A stretch of 64,000 bases of DNA from positions 7,721 to 71,720 of the IMG/VR virus record IMGVR_UViG_3300033150_002070; one strand, written 5' to 3'. Below are positions 34,768 to 44,062 of this stretch, piece after piece. The position numbers and the translations under genes were made by a program. Within the stretch, counting starts at the first letter, position 1. Each line of letters starts with the position of its first letter. This DNA is from a virus. Below the pieces are notes generated by a model, which made no database searches, was not told where the DNA came from, and worked only from the letters and a program-made list of their open reading frames with translations.

Positions 34768-34936
34768 ACCAAGTCAAAGTCAAGTACGACTACGACGATA
34801 CCAACGTTGAGCTAAGCTTCATGCCAAACCACCTTGTAGTCTCAATAAGAAGGCCCAAAGCAAATCTCACATATATCTTCGACTATGAGGAGTTTACAAG
34901 ACTTATAGAGAAACACGTCAAGAAGGAGGGAAGAGT

Positions 34937-35185
34937 ATGACTTGTGGGAGAATTATCAAAGCGATAAGGGTATATTCCGGCATGACTCAATACGAGCTTG
35001 CGAAGCGTGTCGGAATATCGGCCAACTGGCTCCACCTTATCGAAAGCCGCGACTCGATTAGTCCAGACAGCGAACTCCTTGAGAAAATTCTTGAGGAGCT
35101 TGCACCCGTCCTTGACGACTTCAACGACGATGTAAAGGTCGTCAATGCGCTGGTCTCAAAGATTAAAAGGAGGGCCGTGTTTTGA
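34937..35185 (+). CDS. XRE-family HTH regulator
   Basis: 'GRIIKAIR...GMTQYELAKRVGISANWLHLIES'. Confidence 0.85.
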   Translation: MTCGRIIKAIRVYSGMTQYELAKRVGISANWLHLIESRDSISPDSELLEKILEELAPVLDDFNDDVKVVNALVSKIKRRAVF

Positions 35186-35709
35186 AATTCAACATCTACT
35201 TAGGCCTTGGAACCCGGATAAAGGACGGCGAAGTTGTCTCAATGTTTGAGGTCTTTGAGGCGACAGTCCAAAACTACAAAGAAGGAGCTTACCAGTCAAA
35301 TGAGCCGGATGGTTCAGTTACCTCAACCGATCTTAGGAAGTGGTTCGAGGTTGAAGCCGATTCGCTTAGAGACGCTCTGCGTGAAGCAGGGGGAAGATTT
35401 TGGAGGGAGGTGCTTGAAAGGGATATGAAGTACTATGTCTATTCTACCGAGGTCGTTGACAGAGACGGCCAAGCGATAGCAAGCTCAATGACCGTCTCAA
35501 AGTATCCAGGAAGTACCCAGCTTGGAAGTATGAGGTTCTCAGACAAGTTCGATGGTGAGTCTCTCAGGATAGTTCAAAGAGAGATCGGCGTCGTTGAGGC
35601 TAACACTCCTGAAGAAGCTCTTGCAAAGGCCAGGCTCGGTGAGTTCATATCAAGAAAGGAGGATAACGATGGCGTTTCAGCCGACGGTCAGGACGGAGTT
35701 ATTAGCTAA
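35182..35709 (+). CDS. Hypothetical protein with duplicated module
   Basis: 'EVEADSLRDALREA' and 'VVEANTPEEALAKA' repeats. Confidence 0.55.
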   Translation: MKFNIYLGLGTRIKDGEVVSMFEVFEATVQNYKEGAYQSNEPDGSVTSTDLRKWFEVEADSLRDALREAGGRFWREVLERDMKYYVYSTEVVDRDGQAIASSMTVSKYPGSTQLGSMRFSDKFDGESLRIVQREIGVVEANTPEEALAKARLGEFISRKEDNDGVSADGQDGVIS

Positions 35710-36727
35710 TCTCTCAAAGTGCGTTTCATCAATTGCTCAGAAGAAATCGTTTTACGGATTTGAATGGACGAAGTATGCGAGAATATCCTGGGACGGCTCC
35801 GAGCTTAAGCTGTTCTCATCTAACTACGATGAATTCATAATAGCTTCGACGAAGGTGCCGTCCGTAAGTAGCGGGGCCGCTGTCTTCGATCCCAACGTGC
35901 TTTCAAGGGTTCTTTCTAAGATTACCGATGATGAAGTTACGTTAAGTGAGAAAGACAGCCAGCTTATTGTTCAGGGGCGATATCGTCTTGCCGGAGGTTG
36001 TGAGGTAGACTCCTTCCCAGAAGCTCCTGAGATCGAAGGTGATCTTGAAGATATTGAGAGCGAGGTTTCTAAGAAACTCGCTCACGTGTCTTTTGCAGTT
36101 CCCGACCAGTGGAACGAAAAACTTTACCAGATCCGCTTCCAAAACGGCGCTGTCATAGCAACCGATGCTGTGGTTCTTGCCATGGTCAACGCGGGATTCT
36201 CCGAGAACTTCTCGATCTACCCTTTCTCAGCAAAACCTATTATGAGAATTGGAAGCCACTTTCCATTGAAAGGCGTCAAGATAGGTGAAAACGGCGGGCT
36301 TGCCTTCATCTTCAGAAACGACGAGGCAGAAGTTATCTACATTACAAAAGATCCTACCGTCGAGTATCCCGACCCCAGCTCGCTTTTCAACGCTGAAGTT
36401 TTGGCCCAGGCTACAGTTCCTTTCAGTCTCTTTTCAAGGGGAGTTGAGCTTATCGCGGCAGTTGGAGATCTGATAGGCCTTGAGCTTAAAGAGAACGAGT
36501 TCCAGCTTAAGACTTTCGATGCTCTCGGTGAAGCGCACTTTACGTTCAGGGTCCCAGAAAGCACCGGTGAGTTTGAGAAGCATCTTGATGCTAAGCAGTT
36601 GAGAAAAATTGTGAGGGAGCTGAAAGGTGCCGATTCCATTAAGGTCATAGCGCATGCTAACTTCGTAAGATTCGATGCTGAAACCGACGCTGAAAGCCTT
36701 ACATATTTTCAGGCTTTGAGCGTGTAA
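35669..36727 (+). CDS. dnaN: DNA polymerase sliding clamp (beta subunit-like)
   Basis: About 352 aa three-domain pattern; 'LKLFSSNYDEFI', 'DSFPE', 'VIATDAVVLA', 'EYPDPSSLF'. Confidence 0.75.
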   Translation: MAFQPTVRTELLANLSKCVSSIAQKKSFYGFEWTKYARISWDGSELKLFSSNYDEFIIASTKVPSVSSGAAVFDPNVLSRVLSKITDDEVTLSEKDSQLIVQGRYRLAGGCEVDSFPEAPEIEGDLEDIESEVSKKLAHVSFAVPDQWNEKLYQIRFQNGAVIATDAVVLAMVNAGFSENFSIYPFSAKPIMRIGSHFPLKGVKIGENGGLAFIFRNDEAEVIYITKDPTVEYPDPSSLFNAEVLAQATVPFSLFSRGVELIAAVGDLIGLELKENEFQLKTFDALGEAHFTFRVPESTGEFEKHLDAKQLRKIVRELKGADSIKVIAHANFVRFDAETDAESLTYFQALSV

Positions 36728-36740
36728 TCGGAGGTTGAGG

Positions 36741-37351
36741 ATGCTCAGTGATGAGCTTATTGATGGGTAGCTAAACGGACAGTCTGGCTTGGCCGAAACT
36801 GGTCTGAGATAAGCTACGCCGAGATGGCTCAGTTCACAAACCTCACTAGACGTCACGTAATCCGCGTGATGGAAAACCTGAGGAAAAGGCGGGTTCTGCG
36901 CCGGTATGGGATCAGATGGGCACTTGAGCTTGATGCTTCCAAATGGGGCATAGATCGCTTGGCGCAGGTTGACGAGTTCGAGGACGAGTCCGAGGAACCT
37001 GAGAAAGAAGGTCGGTTGATGAAGCTATACAATAAGATCATACGGCCAGAAAAGCTCAGGGCAATGTACTCGGATGAGATGAAGGCCAAGCTTCCAAAGC
37101 GGTTCTGGAACGTGTTTGAAACCTATCCGGGACTCAAACCTCCAAGCGAAGATTTCTTATGGATGCTTGCGGACGACTGGCCAAACTTCACTGAAATTCT
37201 ACACAGGTGGGCTATCTGGTGCCTTGGCAATCCTGCAAAAATGCGGCTTCGGAAAGACGCTAAAAGGTGTCTTACCAACTGGTTCTTGAAGGAGGAGCGG
37301 CCGGCTGATGACGGCAAGTCCGCTTCAGAGCTTCTGAAGGAGGAGTTATGA
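36741..37351 (+). CDS. Lambda O-like replication initiator, 5' end frameshifted
   Basis: SD and ATG 36741 give MLSDELID then stop; the frame from 36764 gives WVAKRTVWLGRNWSEISYAEMAQFTNLTRRHVIRVMENL, like the Phage_rep_O wHTH. Confidence 0.5.
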
Positions 37352-37902
37352 CAAGATGGTACGACAAGCTAAGTGATGTTGAACGTGAGAACAGGATTGA
37401 TTTTCTCAGAAACCTTCTGAATAATCTTGCTGATGCATTCGGTTCGTCTCATCCAAGTGAACGTCGGGTCAAGGAATACTTCAAGATGTTTGGGATGGTT
37501 GATAGGGAAATTCTTATTGAGGCGGCTGAGATAGCTAGGTTCGTAGGTGAGAAATTTCCTTCGCCCAAGGCATTTAGATCAGCGATCTGGGAAGCTACAG
37601 CGCGGCGGTCAGAAGGTGAGGGTGAGCTGGAGTGCGAAAGGTGCGGATCAGCCGGACTTTTCTTTTACCACATAAAGCTTGATGACGGACGTCTTTCACC
37701 TCAGTTTATCGCAAGGTGCTCATGTCCTTTAGGTCTTAAGTATAGAGACTGTCCTGTGATGTGGGAACAGGTAGTAGCCAAGCATGGGCGTGAGAAGCTA
37801 ATCGAGCTTCGTGATCCTGACGATCTCAGATACTTTGTAGCAAACAGAGACAAGGTAATGAGGATGGATGAGTGGAAGGAGTTTAACGCAGTTCCATTCT
37901 GA
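37348..37902 (+). CDS. Putative helicase loader/replication partner with Zn finger
   Basis: 'EKFPSPKAFR' after a helical domain, CERC...CSC; follows the O-like gene. Confidence 0.5.
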   Translation: MTRWYDKLSDVERENRIDFLRNLLNNLADAFGSSHPSERRVKEYFKMFGMVDREILIEAAEIARFVGEKFPSPKAFRSAIWEATARRSEGEGELECERCGSAGLFFYHIKLDDGRLSPQFIARCSCPLGLKYRDCPVMWEQVVAKHGREKLIELRDPDDLRYFVANRDKVMRMDEWKEFNAVPF

Positions 37903-38210
37903 TGGTGAATGATAATCATTCACAGGAGGTCTTGATGGGCATAAACAGGGTTGAAGTCAAAGGCCATAAGATTGAGCTTAGTGATCTTGTATGGAGAAAG
38001 GCTAGGTTCAAGCCGGTTGAAGTGAAGGTTGTCCGCATTTTCCAGCCCTTCACAGTTTACACAATTGATGGGGTTAAGTCGGGAAGTCCAGGAGACTATT
38101 TGATAAGTGGGCCGTACGGTGAGCTTTATCCAGTTAAAGCAGAAACGTTTCACGAAATATTCGAGCTTCTAGCCAGAGAGGAGGTCTGCGATGAGAGTGA
38201 TGGTGTATGA
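37902..38210 (+). CDS. PGDYG-domain protein
   Basis: 'TIDG...GSPGDYLISGPYGELYPVKAETFHEIF'. Confidence 0.7.
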   Translation: MVNDNHSQEVLMGINRVEVKGHKIELSDLVWRKARFKPVEVKVVRIFQPFTVYTIDGVKSGSPGDYLISGPYGELYPVKAETFHEIFELLAREEVCDESDGV

Positions 38211-38817
38211 TGTTGAGGTCAGACAGGGCCCAGAGAAAGTCAAGGGCGGATGGGATAACCCTGAGGGAATGGGATTTGCAAGCTGTGTAGTTTACGACTA
38301 CAGCACGAACCTCTACAGGTTTTTCATGACGCTTCCTCACGGCCATATCCCGCCGAGTCTTGACAGATCATATCAGCGCTGGCTCAAGTGCCGTGCGTTC
38401 CTTGAGGAGGCGACGCTTCTTGTGGGGTTCAATAACATCCGCTTCGATGATAGAGTAATATGGGGTAACGATCTGGTAGGTTCGCCTCCGATAAGAAGAT
38501 ACGACATCCTCCTTGAATACGTCAAGGGCCGCTTTGGATTTGAGTCAGTAGAAGAAGCCCAGGAGAAGCTCGGTGACAGAACCATCCACGATGGGTCGTT
38601 CAGCCTCGACGGCCTTGCCGAAGGGACGCTTGGTCTTCGCAAAACTGGGCACGGCGCGAAAGCGCCGAGGCTCTGGTCGGCTTACTGCTTCGACGAGCTT
38701 CTCGAATACAACCTGAACGATGTCCGTCTCACAGTCCGCCTTTTCGATTTCATCAAGCGCTACGGCTTTGTAAGAGATAGAGCAGGTAGAACAGTAGAGA
38801 TGCCGAGGCCGTTCTAA
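38191..38817 (+). CDS. RNase H-like 3'-5' exonuclease (DnaQ/YprB-like)
   Basis: 'VYDVE', 'LVGFNNIRFD', 'SLDGLA', 'EYNLNDV' ExoI-III motifs. Confidence 0.85.
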   Translation: MRVMVYDVEVRQGPEKVKGGWDNPEGMGFASCVVYDYSTNLYRFFMTLPHGHIPPSLDRSYQRWLKCRAFLEEATLLVGFNNIRFDDRVIWGNDLVGSPPIRRYDILLEYVKGRFGFESVEEAQEKLGDRTIHDGSFSLDGLAEGTLGLRKTGHGAKAPRLWSAYCFDELLEYNLNDVRLTVRLFDFIKRYGFVRDRAGRTVEMPRPF

Positions 38818-39021
38818 GGGGAGGTGACTAGAGTGAATGAGCGTGATTTCGACGAGTTGGCTGAGGTGATTGAGGAGGTTTACTTCAAGCTCAAGGAGAT
38901 TGAGGAAGCTTTACAGGATTCAGCGATGAGATTTGCTGAGCTTGAGGAGCGTGTGGCTGCTCTTGAAAGAGTAGTGGGACCTAAAATCCGTGAAGCTGAT
39001 ATTTAATCAAGGGGGCAGAAG

Positions 39022-39219
39022 ATGGAACTTCGAGTCAACGAAATCGCTCTTATTCAAGGAGAACGTGAGATCTTTATAAGCGGCTGGGCTTTAGCAGACC
39101 AGGTAAGCATCACTTTCAAAAACGGGAGGGCCTGGTCTAGAACGTATAAGATCAGCTTCAATGATCTTTGGGAGTTGCTTCAGAAAGCGGTTAGAGAAAA
39201 CAAGGAGGCTGGCGCATGA
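39022..39219 (+). CDS. Hypothetical protein
   Basis: 65 aa in operon. Confidence 0.5.
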   Translation: MELRVNEIALIQGEREIFISGWALADQVSITFKNGRAWSRTYKISFNDLWELLQKAVRENKEAGA

Positions 39220-39635
39220 TCGCTCTTGACTCGCTTTTATGGGTGGTCTGGATCGTCGTTGAGGCACTTCTTGTAGCTGGTTGTATCCAGGCTGTCAAGT
39301 GGGATGGGTGGCAAGCAGGAATTGGCTGGCTTGCCGTGATAGTCGCTGTAACAGCTGGAAAACTACTTCTTGAAGTGGCTATTAGCGGCGAGTTCCCCGA
39401 GTACCTTCTCTATTTAGTCTGGATTGGCTGGATTCTGCTTGCGATCTCTCTTGGAAGGATGATGATAATTGAGATACTTGATAGGGACTTCTTTCTCGGT
39501 ATCTCGTGGTTTCTGCTGATTGCACTTACGTTTTTTCTGGTTAACCTTTTGACCTTCAAGCTTAGAGAGGTCCAGAAGGAGGAAGAAGCTGGAAGGTTCT
39601 CAAACTACTGTGAGATTACTAGACTTGACAGGTGA
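39216..39635 (+). CDS. Four-TM membrane protein
   Basis: Four hydrophobic segments with an internal two-fold repeat. Confidence 0.65.
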   Translation: MIALDSLLWVVWIVVEALLVAGCIQAVKWDGWQAGIGWLAVIVAVTAGKLLLEVAISGEFPEYLLYLVWIGWILLAISLGRMMIIEILDRDFFLGISWFLLIALTFFLVNLLTFKLREVQKEEEAGRFSNYCEITRLDR

Positions 39636-39955
39636 GCAGCTATGACCGGCACTTGGCCGCAGAGCTTGTGAGTTTGGCCTTCTTTGACCTTCTTTCGTGG
39701 CCGGAGTTTCGCAAGCATCAGTCGAAGCCAGGAAAGCGCACACTGCTTGAGAACCACATCTCAGCTATCGAGTTTTTCAACAGCTACGAGAACACTGTTT
39801 GGGCTGAAGCTCTAAGTATCTCACCTGTTACAATCAAGAAGGCGGTATTTGAGCAACTGAGCGGAAGGCGTAAGAAAGTAAAGAAAGGTGCTATTTTGTC
39901 ACGATTTCACTTAAGAGGAGGACGTAGAAATGCTCGAAAGGAAATTCACGTCTAA
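39632..39955 (+). CDS. Hypothetical protein
   Basis: 107 aa coupled ORF. Confidence 0.55.
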   Translation: MSSYDRHLAAELVSLAFFDLLSWPEFRKHQSKPGKRTLLENHISAIEFFNSYENTVWAEALSISPVTIKKAVFEQLSGRRKKVKKGAILSRFHLRGGRRNARKEIHV

Positions 39956-40289
39956 GCTTGCTGAAGGCTTCAGGAAAGCCGGTTACTGGGTTCACGTATT
40001 CCGCGACTCAGGCACAGGTTTGAAACCAGGAGATCTGATAGTTCTTGCTACAAAACAGGCACACCTTATCGAGAACAAAACTACAAAGAAGGAGACGATA
40101 ACGGCGAAAGATGCACTGAGGCTTCTTAAGAAACATCAAGTTGAATCGCTCAGAACCTTTGCTGAGAATGGAGGGTTTTCCTGGGTAATAGTTGCAGGGC
40201 CAAGTAAGTTTACACTCGTCAAGTTCGGCACCAAGCTCTGCAAGGAGTTTAACAATCTTGACCCGCTTATAACTTATATTGTAAGCTGA
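39930..40289 (+). CDS. Holliday junction resolvase (Hjc/RecU-like PD-(D/E)XK)
   Basis: 'LERKF...GYWV...PGDLIV...LIENKTT...HQVESL...GG'. Confidence 0.72.
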   Translation: MLERKFTSKLAEGFRKAGYWVHVFRDSGTGLKPGDLIVLATKQAHLIENKTTKKETITAKDALRLLKKHQVESLRTFAENGGFSWVIVAGPSKFTLVKFGTKLCKEFNNLDPLITYIVS

Positions 40290-40302
40290 AAGGAGGCACA
40301 TT

Positions 40303-40794
40303 TTGCAGGTTACCGAGGAGATGGGCATTCACAATGAGTGGTATAACGAGGCGAAAAGCCAAACTCTTGAGACACTTCCCGAATTTCTAAATCACCTTCT
40401 CAATGACTATGAGCACGACTACGGAACGATTGTTCACGCAATGGCAGCAGGGATTCTTGCAACCTTTCACGCGATGAACGAGCATGAGCAGGGTGGGATC
40501 ACCGGGTTTCAGGCTAGCATTCTCATGTGGTTCTTCATCAACAAGCTCATGCACTGGGACGGTATTCCGAAACGGATCGTGCTTTATGAGGACATGCTGT
40601 ATCCTCAGCACCGCTACAAGTTCGAGAAAACCATCAATCCGGAGACGTGGGAGTGGCTCCAGGAAGAGGCCAGAAAGAGGCTCGCAGACTATGATCCGCG
40701 ATACGTGGCAGAAGGGGTTGTCAAGCACTGGAAGGAAATAGCTAATGGCAAAGTTCCATTCGGGTACAAGGTGGAGGTAAGGGATCATGGTTAA
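40303..40794 (+). CDS. Conserved phage hypothetical protein
   Basis: 'HDYGTIVHA...GITGFQA...DMLYPQ...FEKTI...HWK.I..G.VPFG'. Confidence 0.7.
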   Translation: MQVTEEMGIHNEWYNEAKSQTLETLPEFLNHLLNDYEHDYGTIVHAMAAGILATFHAMNEHEQGGITGFQASILMWFFINKLMHWDGIPKRIVLYEDMLYPQHRYKFEKTINPETWEWLQEEARKRLADYDPRYVAEGVVKHWKEIANGKVPFGYKVEVRDHG

Positions 40795-41071
40795 GTTTAC
40801 TAAAGAGGACCTTCTCGGGAGACTAAGTGCTCTGGGTAACCAGATGAGAATTAAGCCTCAGGCAATCTGCGACGATTGGCTGGGGCAGAAGCGAGTCAAC
40901 ACCCTTGGGAAGGCGATCCTTGAGTGCGTCTCGCTCTTAAGAGCAATTGAGGAAGGAAACAAAGAGACCGAGCTTGAGCTACTCGAAGATATTAAGAAGT
41001 ATGGTTCGGATTGGGAAGCTGCAATGGTGTATTGGAGGATGAGAGGAGGGAGCAATGGAGACGGTCCTTAA
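40787..41071 (+). CDS. Hypothetical protein
   Basis: 94 aa coupled ORF. Confidence 0.55.
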   Translation: MVKFTKEDLLGRLSALGNQMRIKPQAICDDWLGQKRVNTLGKAILECVSLLRAIEEGNKETELELLEDIKKYGSDWEAAMVYWRMRGGSNGDGP

Positions 41072-41495
41072 GGCATATCTTCCAAGGATCGAAACGATGT
41101 ACGAGGTAGTGGACGGAGCTTACGCTTTCAATGAAAGAGGCAAGCTCAAGTGGCTTCAGAAGCTTTGCCTCAAGATTCTTGATAAACTCGGCTGTCAGTA
41201 CTACAACCAAGCGGTCGAGGTAAAGGCAATATTAGTCGACTTTGACAAAGTCATTGACCTGATCCAGGCCCAGCGTGATGCGATCGAAATGACCTATGGG
41301 AGAAGATGTAAGTATGCGATACTCGGTCAAAACGCAATGCGGAGGCTTAACATTGAGTGCGGTGATAGGTTTACCTTCGTACTACCAGCTGGGCCGAACA
41401 GAAGATTTCGTGAGTTTGCCGGAATGAGGGTGATACTCTGTCCATGGTTCGATGGGGTCCTGTGTCTTGATGAAATCGAAGGAGGTAGCTATTGA
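41055..41495 (+). CDS. Hypothetical protein
   Basis: 146 aa, GGAGG SD. Confidence 0.6.
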   Translation: METVLKAYLPRIETMYEVVDGAYAFNERGKLKWLQKLCLKILDKLGCQYYNQAVEVKAILVDFDKVIDLIQAQRDAIEMTYGRRCKYAILGQNAMRRLNIECGDRFTFVLPAGPNRRFREFAGMRVILCPWFDGVLCLDEIEGGSY

Positions 41496-42310
41496 TCTCA
41501 CATAAAATCGTGATCGAAACGGACGCTAACGAGGTTCACATCGCTTTCATAGGCGATACCCACTGGGGTGCAGGTGCTTCAGATGAGCGGTCAATTCTGA
41601 AGCGTGTAAACAGAATAAGCCGCTCGTCGAACTTCTGGTGGATTGGAATGGGCGACTTCATCGACGCGATCAACTACACCGATAGGAGGTTCGATCCGCT
41701 CACTCTTCCCGATAGATACCGGATACAAGACCTGGACGACCTTGTGTTTATCCAGCTTTCCGAATTCTGCGAAAACTTCAAGGAGATTGCCCACAGATGC
41801 CTTGGCCTTCACAACGGCAACCACGAGGACACAATAAGGCGAATCCACAAGGTAAACGTCCACCACGAGATCTTAAGGCGTCTAAATGAAGCCGTTGAGG
41901 ATCGTGAGGAGAAGCCTCCCGGCGGTAAGATTATAAGCCTCGGTGATATGGCCTTCACAACGATTGAGATACCGCACCTGGAAAAGACGTTCACGATCTG
42001 GTCGGCTCACGGCACGGGGAGGGCATCATCGCCTGAGGCCGCGCTTCGGAAGGTCAAAAGCTACCTGAGGTCTTTCGAGGCTGATGTGTATGCATTGGGT
42101 CATATCCACTATGCGCTGGGTGATGAGGAGGTTGCACTTGGATATGGTCAGCAGATGAAAAAGCGCATCTTTCTCGTAACAGGATCATTCCTCAAATCCT
42201 ACATGGATCAGGTAAGCACCTATGCGGAACGCAAGATTTATCCACCAATACCTCTTGCAGCCATGCAGCTTATTGTTGACAAGGACGGGCTTCACTATTC
42301 AAGGTTTTAG
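41492..42310 (+). CDS. Calcineurin-like metallophosphoesterase
   Basis: 'GDTHWG', 'MGDFID', 'GNHE', 'AHG', 'GHIH'. Confidence 0.88.
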   Translation: MISHKIVIETDANEVHIAFIGDTHWGAGASDERSILKRVNRISRSSNFWWIGMGDFIDAINYTDRRFDPLTLPDRYRIQDLDDLVFIQLSEFCENFKEIAHRCLGLHNGNHEDTIRRIHKVNVHHEILRRLNEAVEDREEKPPGGKIISLGDMAFTTIEIPHLEKTFTIWSAHGTGRASSPEAALRKVKSYLRSFEADVYALGHIHYALGDEEVALGYGQQMKKRIFLVTGSFLKSYMDQVSTYAERKIYPPIPLAAMQLIVDKDGLHYSRF

Positions 42311-43014
42311 AACATGTAGCCGACAAAACCTCCAACCGATCCCTGTTCAAGAATGAGGCCGCCCATGTAATGGCTGAAAGTTACAGCCCCACCGAGAATT
42401 GCCGGTCCCTGAGCTTTGGAGTAGCCAAGAGCAATGAAAGGCGAAAATCTTCTGGGCTTTCGGACCGGCAGTTTTCTCTCAACCTTCAAATCCCACTCAA
42501 CTACCTCAAACACGTCAGGATCAACTTTGAGATAGCTCCGCTTCACACCTTCAGGAGTTTCAGTTACAGCCGTTGTGATTGAGAGAACCGGAACGTTAAG
42601 CTGGAATGAATACCGTCCAAGCGAAGTGAAGGAGCCTGTAAGAAGGAAGCCTGAACCGAAGTCGTGCCCTACCTCAAAAACTCTTTCCGGTGCCTTGCTA
42701 GAATCGCGCTTCACCTTGCTCTCAACCTGAAGCGGCTTTGTCTTGAGCTTCACACGCTCAACCCTTACCACCCGCTCGTGCTTCTCAAGCTTCACCTTAA
42801 GCCCAGCAAGTTCAGCGTCCTTCTCTGAGAGCTTGCTTTCAAGCTCAGCAGTTCTTGAGTAGAGCGAGTCGACCTGCTGAATGGACAAGCCAAGCTCACT
42901 TTGAAGCTCAACATACTTACTGAACCACTCCTGCTCAGTTTTAGCCTTGTCATACCTGAGATATGCTATAACAGCCAGAAGCAAAGCTACGAGGATTATG
43001 AGCACCTTCCGCAT
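42307..43014 (-). CDS. Lysis accessory / spanin-like protein
   Basis: Start MRKVLIILVALLLAVIAYL (TM), coiled coil, C-terminal amphipathic beta strands ending GYMF; follows the holin. Confidence 0.55.
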   Translation of the reverse strand: MRKVLIILVALLLAVIAYLRYDKAKTEQEWFSKYVELQSELGLSIQQVDSLYSRTAELESKLSEKDAELAGLKVKLEKHERVVRVERVKLKTKPLQVESKVKRDSSKAPERVFEVGHDFGSGFLLTGSFTSLGRYSFQLNVPVLSITTAVTETPEGVKRSYLKVDPDVFEVVEWDLKVERKLPVRKPRRFSPFIALGYSKAQGPAILGGAVTFSHYMGGLILEQGSVGGFVGYMF

Positions 43015-43016
43015 TC

Positions 43017-43274
43017 TCACACCCTCCCAAGGAGCGTCTTTTTGACGAGACTGTAAAAGCCGCTTGAAAACTGCCCGGCTATTAGACCCCAAAGCACCCT
43101 CATCATTATTGGAGCGTCCATTGAGAAGATCATAAGCGCAACAGCAACCCCAAGGGCTATGAGGTTGATAATCCGCTTAGGAATGTTAAACTGCTTGATA
43201 ACCTGAACGATTGCGGCAGTGCCGGCTCCAACCAAGGCAACTGTAAGGCTTATTGTCTGGCTTATCTCAATCAT
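43017..43274 (-). CDS. Holin
   Basis: Three TMs, 'IVQVIKQ', 'GLIAG..SSGFYSLVK'; adjacent to the endolysin. Confidence 0.75.
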   Translation of the reverse strand: MIEISQTISLTVALVGAGTAAIVQVIKQFNIPKRIINLIALGVAVALMIFSMDAPIMMRVLWGLIAGQFSSGFYSLVKKTLLGRV

Positions 43275-43280
43275 TTTTTT

Positions 43281-43814
43281 TCACCTCCAACTTATGAGCA
43301 TGTTTCTAAACCACCACATATCAAGCCCAGGACATAAGGGCTTATTTGGATCAACTTCACAGTGTCCAAGGACATTGTAAACCGGGATATCCAGAATCCT
43401 CATCACCTCCCGAGTGATTGTAATAAGTCCGAAGATCTGCCTTATCGAGTACGGTAGCGTCTTATGAACGGCGCAGATACCTATCGAGTTCCGGTTAAGT
43501 CCATACACATGAGCGCCGACTTCATCTTCCTCGATCTCGCTGTCAAGATCGAGGGGGCGGCCGCACTCAATTGAGCCGTCCAGAACAGCCGAATACCTGC
43601 CGTGCTGGAAGTCCTCAGCAGTTGGATAGCCGTTCAGAACCACGAACGAATACCCTATCATCTTCCACCCGCGATCTTCACGATGCCATCTGTCAATCTC
43701 AAGAGCAGTTCCCCAGTCCGAGGCTGAATGGTGGATGAAGATAAACCTTTCCCCTTGAGCCATCCGAGCCTTGACCTCCTGAAATTTAACTTCTGGATTG
43801 CCCATCTCACTCAC
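43281..43814 (-). CDS. N-acetylmuramoyl-L-alanine amidase endolysin (T7 lysozyme-like)
   Basis: 'IFIHHSAS', 'IDRWH..RGW..IGY', 'GAHVYGLN..SIGIC', 'LGHCE...K.LCPG'. Confidence 0.9.
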   Translation of the reverse strand: MSEMGNPEVKFQEVKARMAQGERFIFIHHSASDWGTALEIDRWHREDRGWKMIGYSFVVLNGYPTAEDFQHGRYSAVLDGSIECGRPLDLDSEIEEDEVGAHVYGLNRNSIGICAVHKTLPYSIRQIFGLITITREVMRILDIPVYNVLGHCEVDPNKPLCPGLDMWWFRNMLISWR

Positions 43815-44062
43815 CCTTCATCAACCTTCGTCTCAAGCCTTGTAAGCCTGGTGTCCAGCATGTGTGTAAGATCGTTAAGCGACCGTATCTGAGCCTCAAT
43901 CCGGTCCAAGCTGCGTTCAGTCTGCTCTCTGAACATTTGAAGTTCAGTCCGCATAGACGAAACCTGAACCTTAAGCGTAAGATACGATGAGATCACAACG
44001 GCCGCAACAGTTACAGCAAGCTGGATCACCCTCACAAGAGTTTCAGAATTCTTGAACGTCAT
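43811..44062 (-). CDS. Single-TM coiled-coil lysis-module protein
   Basis: N-terminal TM, coiled coil ending 'RLTRLE'. Confidence 0.6.
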   Translation of the reverse strand: MTFKNSETLVRVIQLAVTVAAVVISSYLTLKVQVSSMRTELQMFREQTERSLDRIEAQIRSLNDLTHMLDTRLTRLETKVDEG

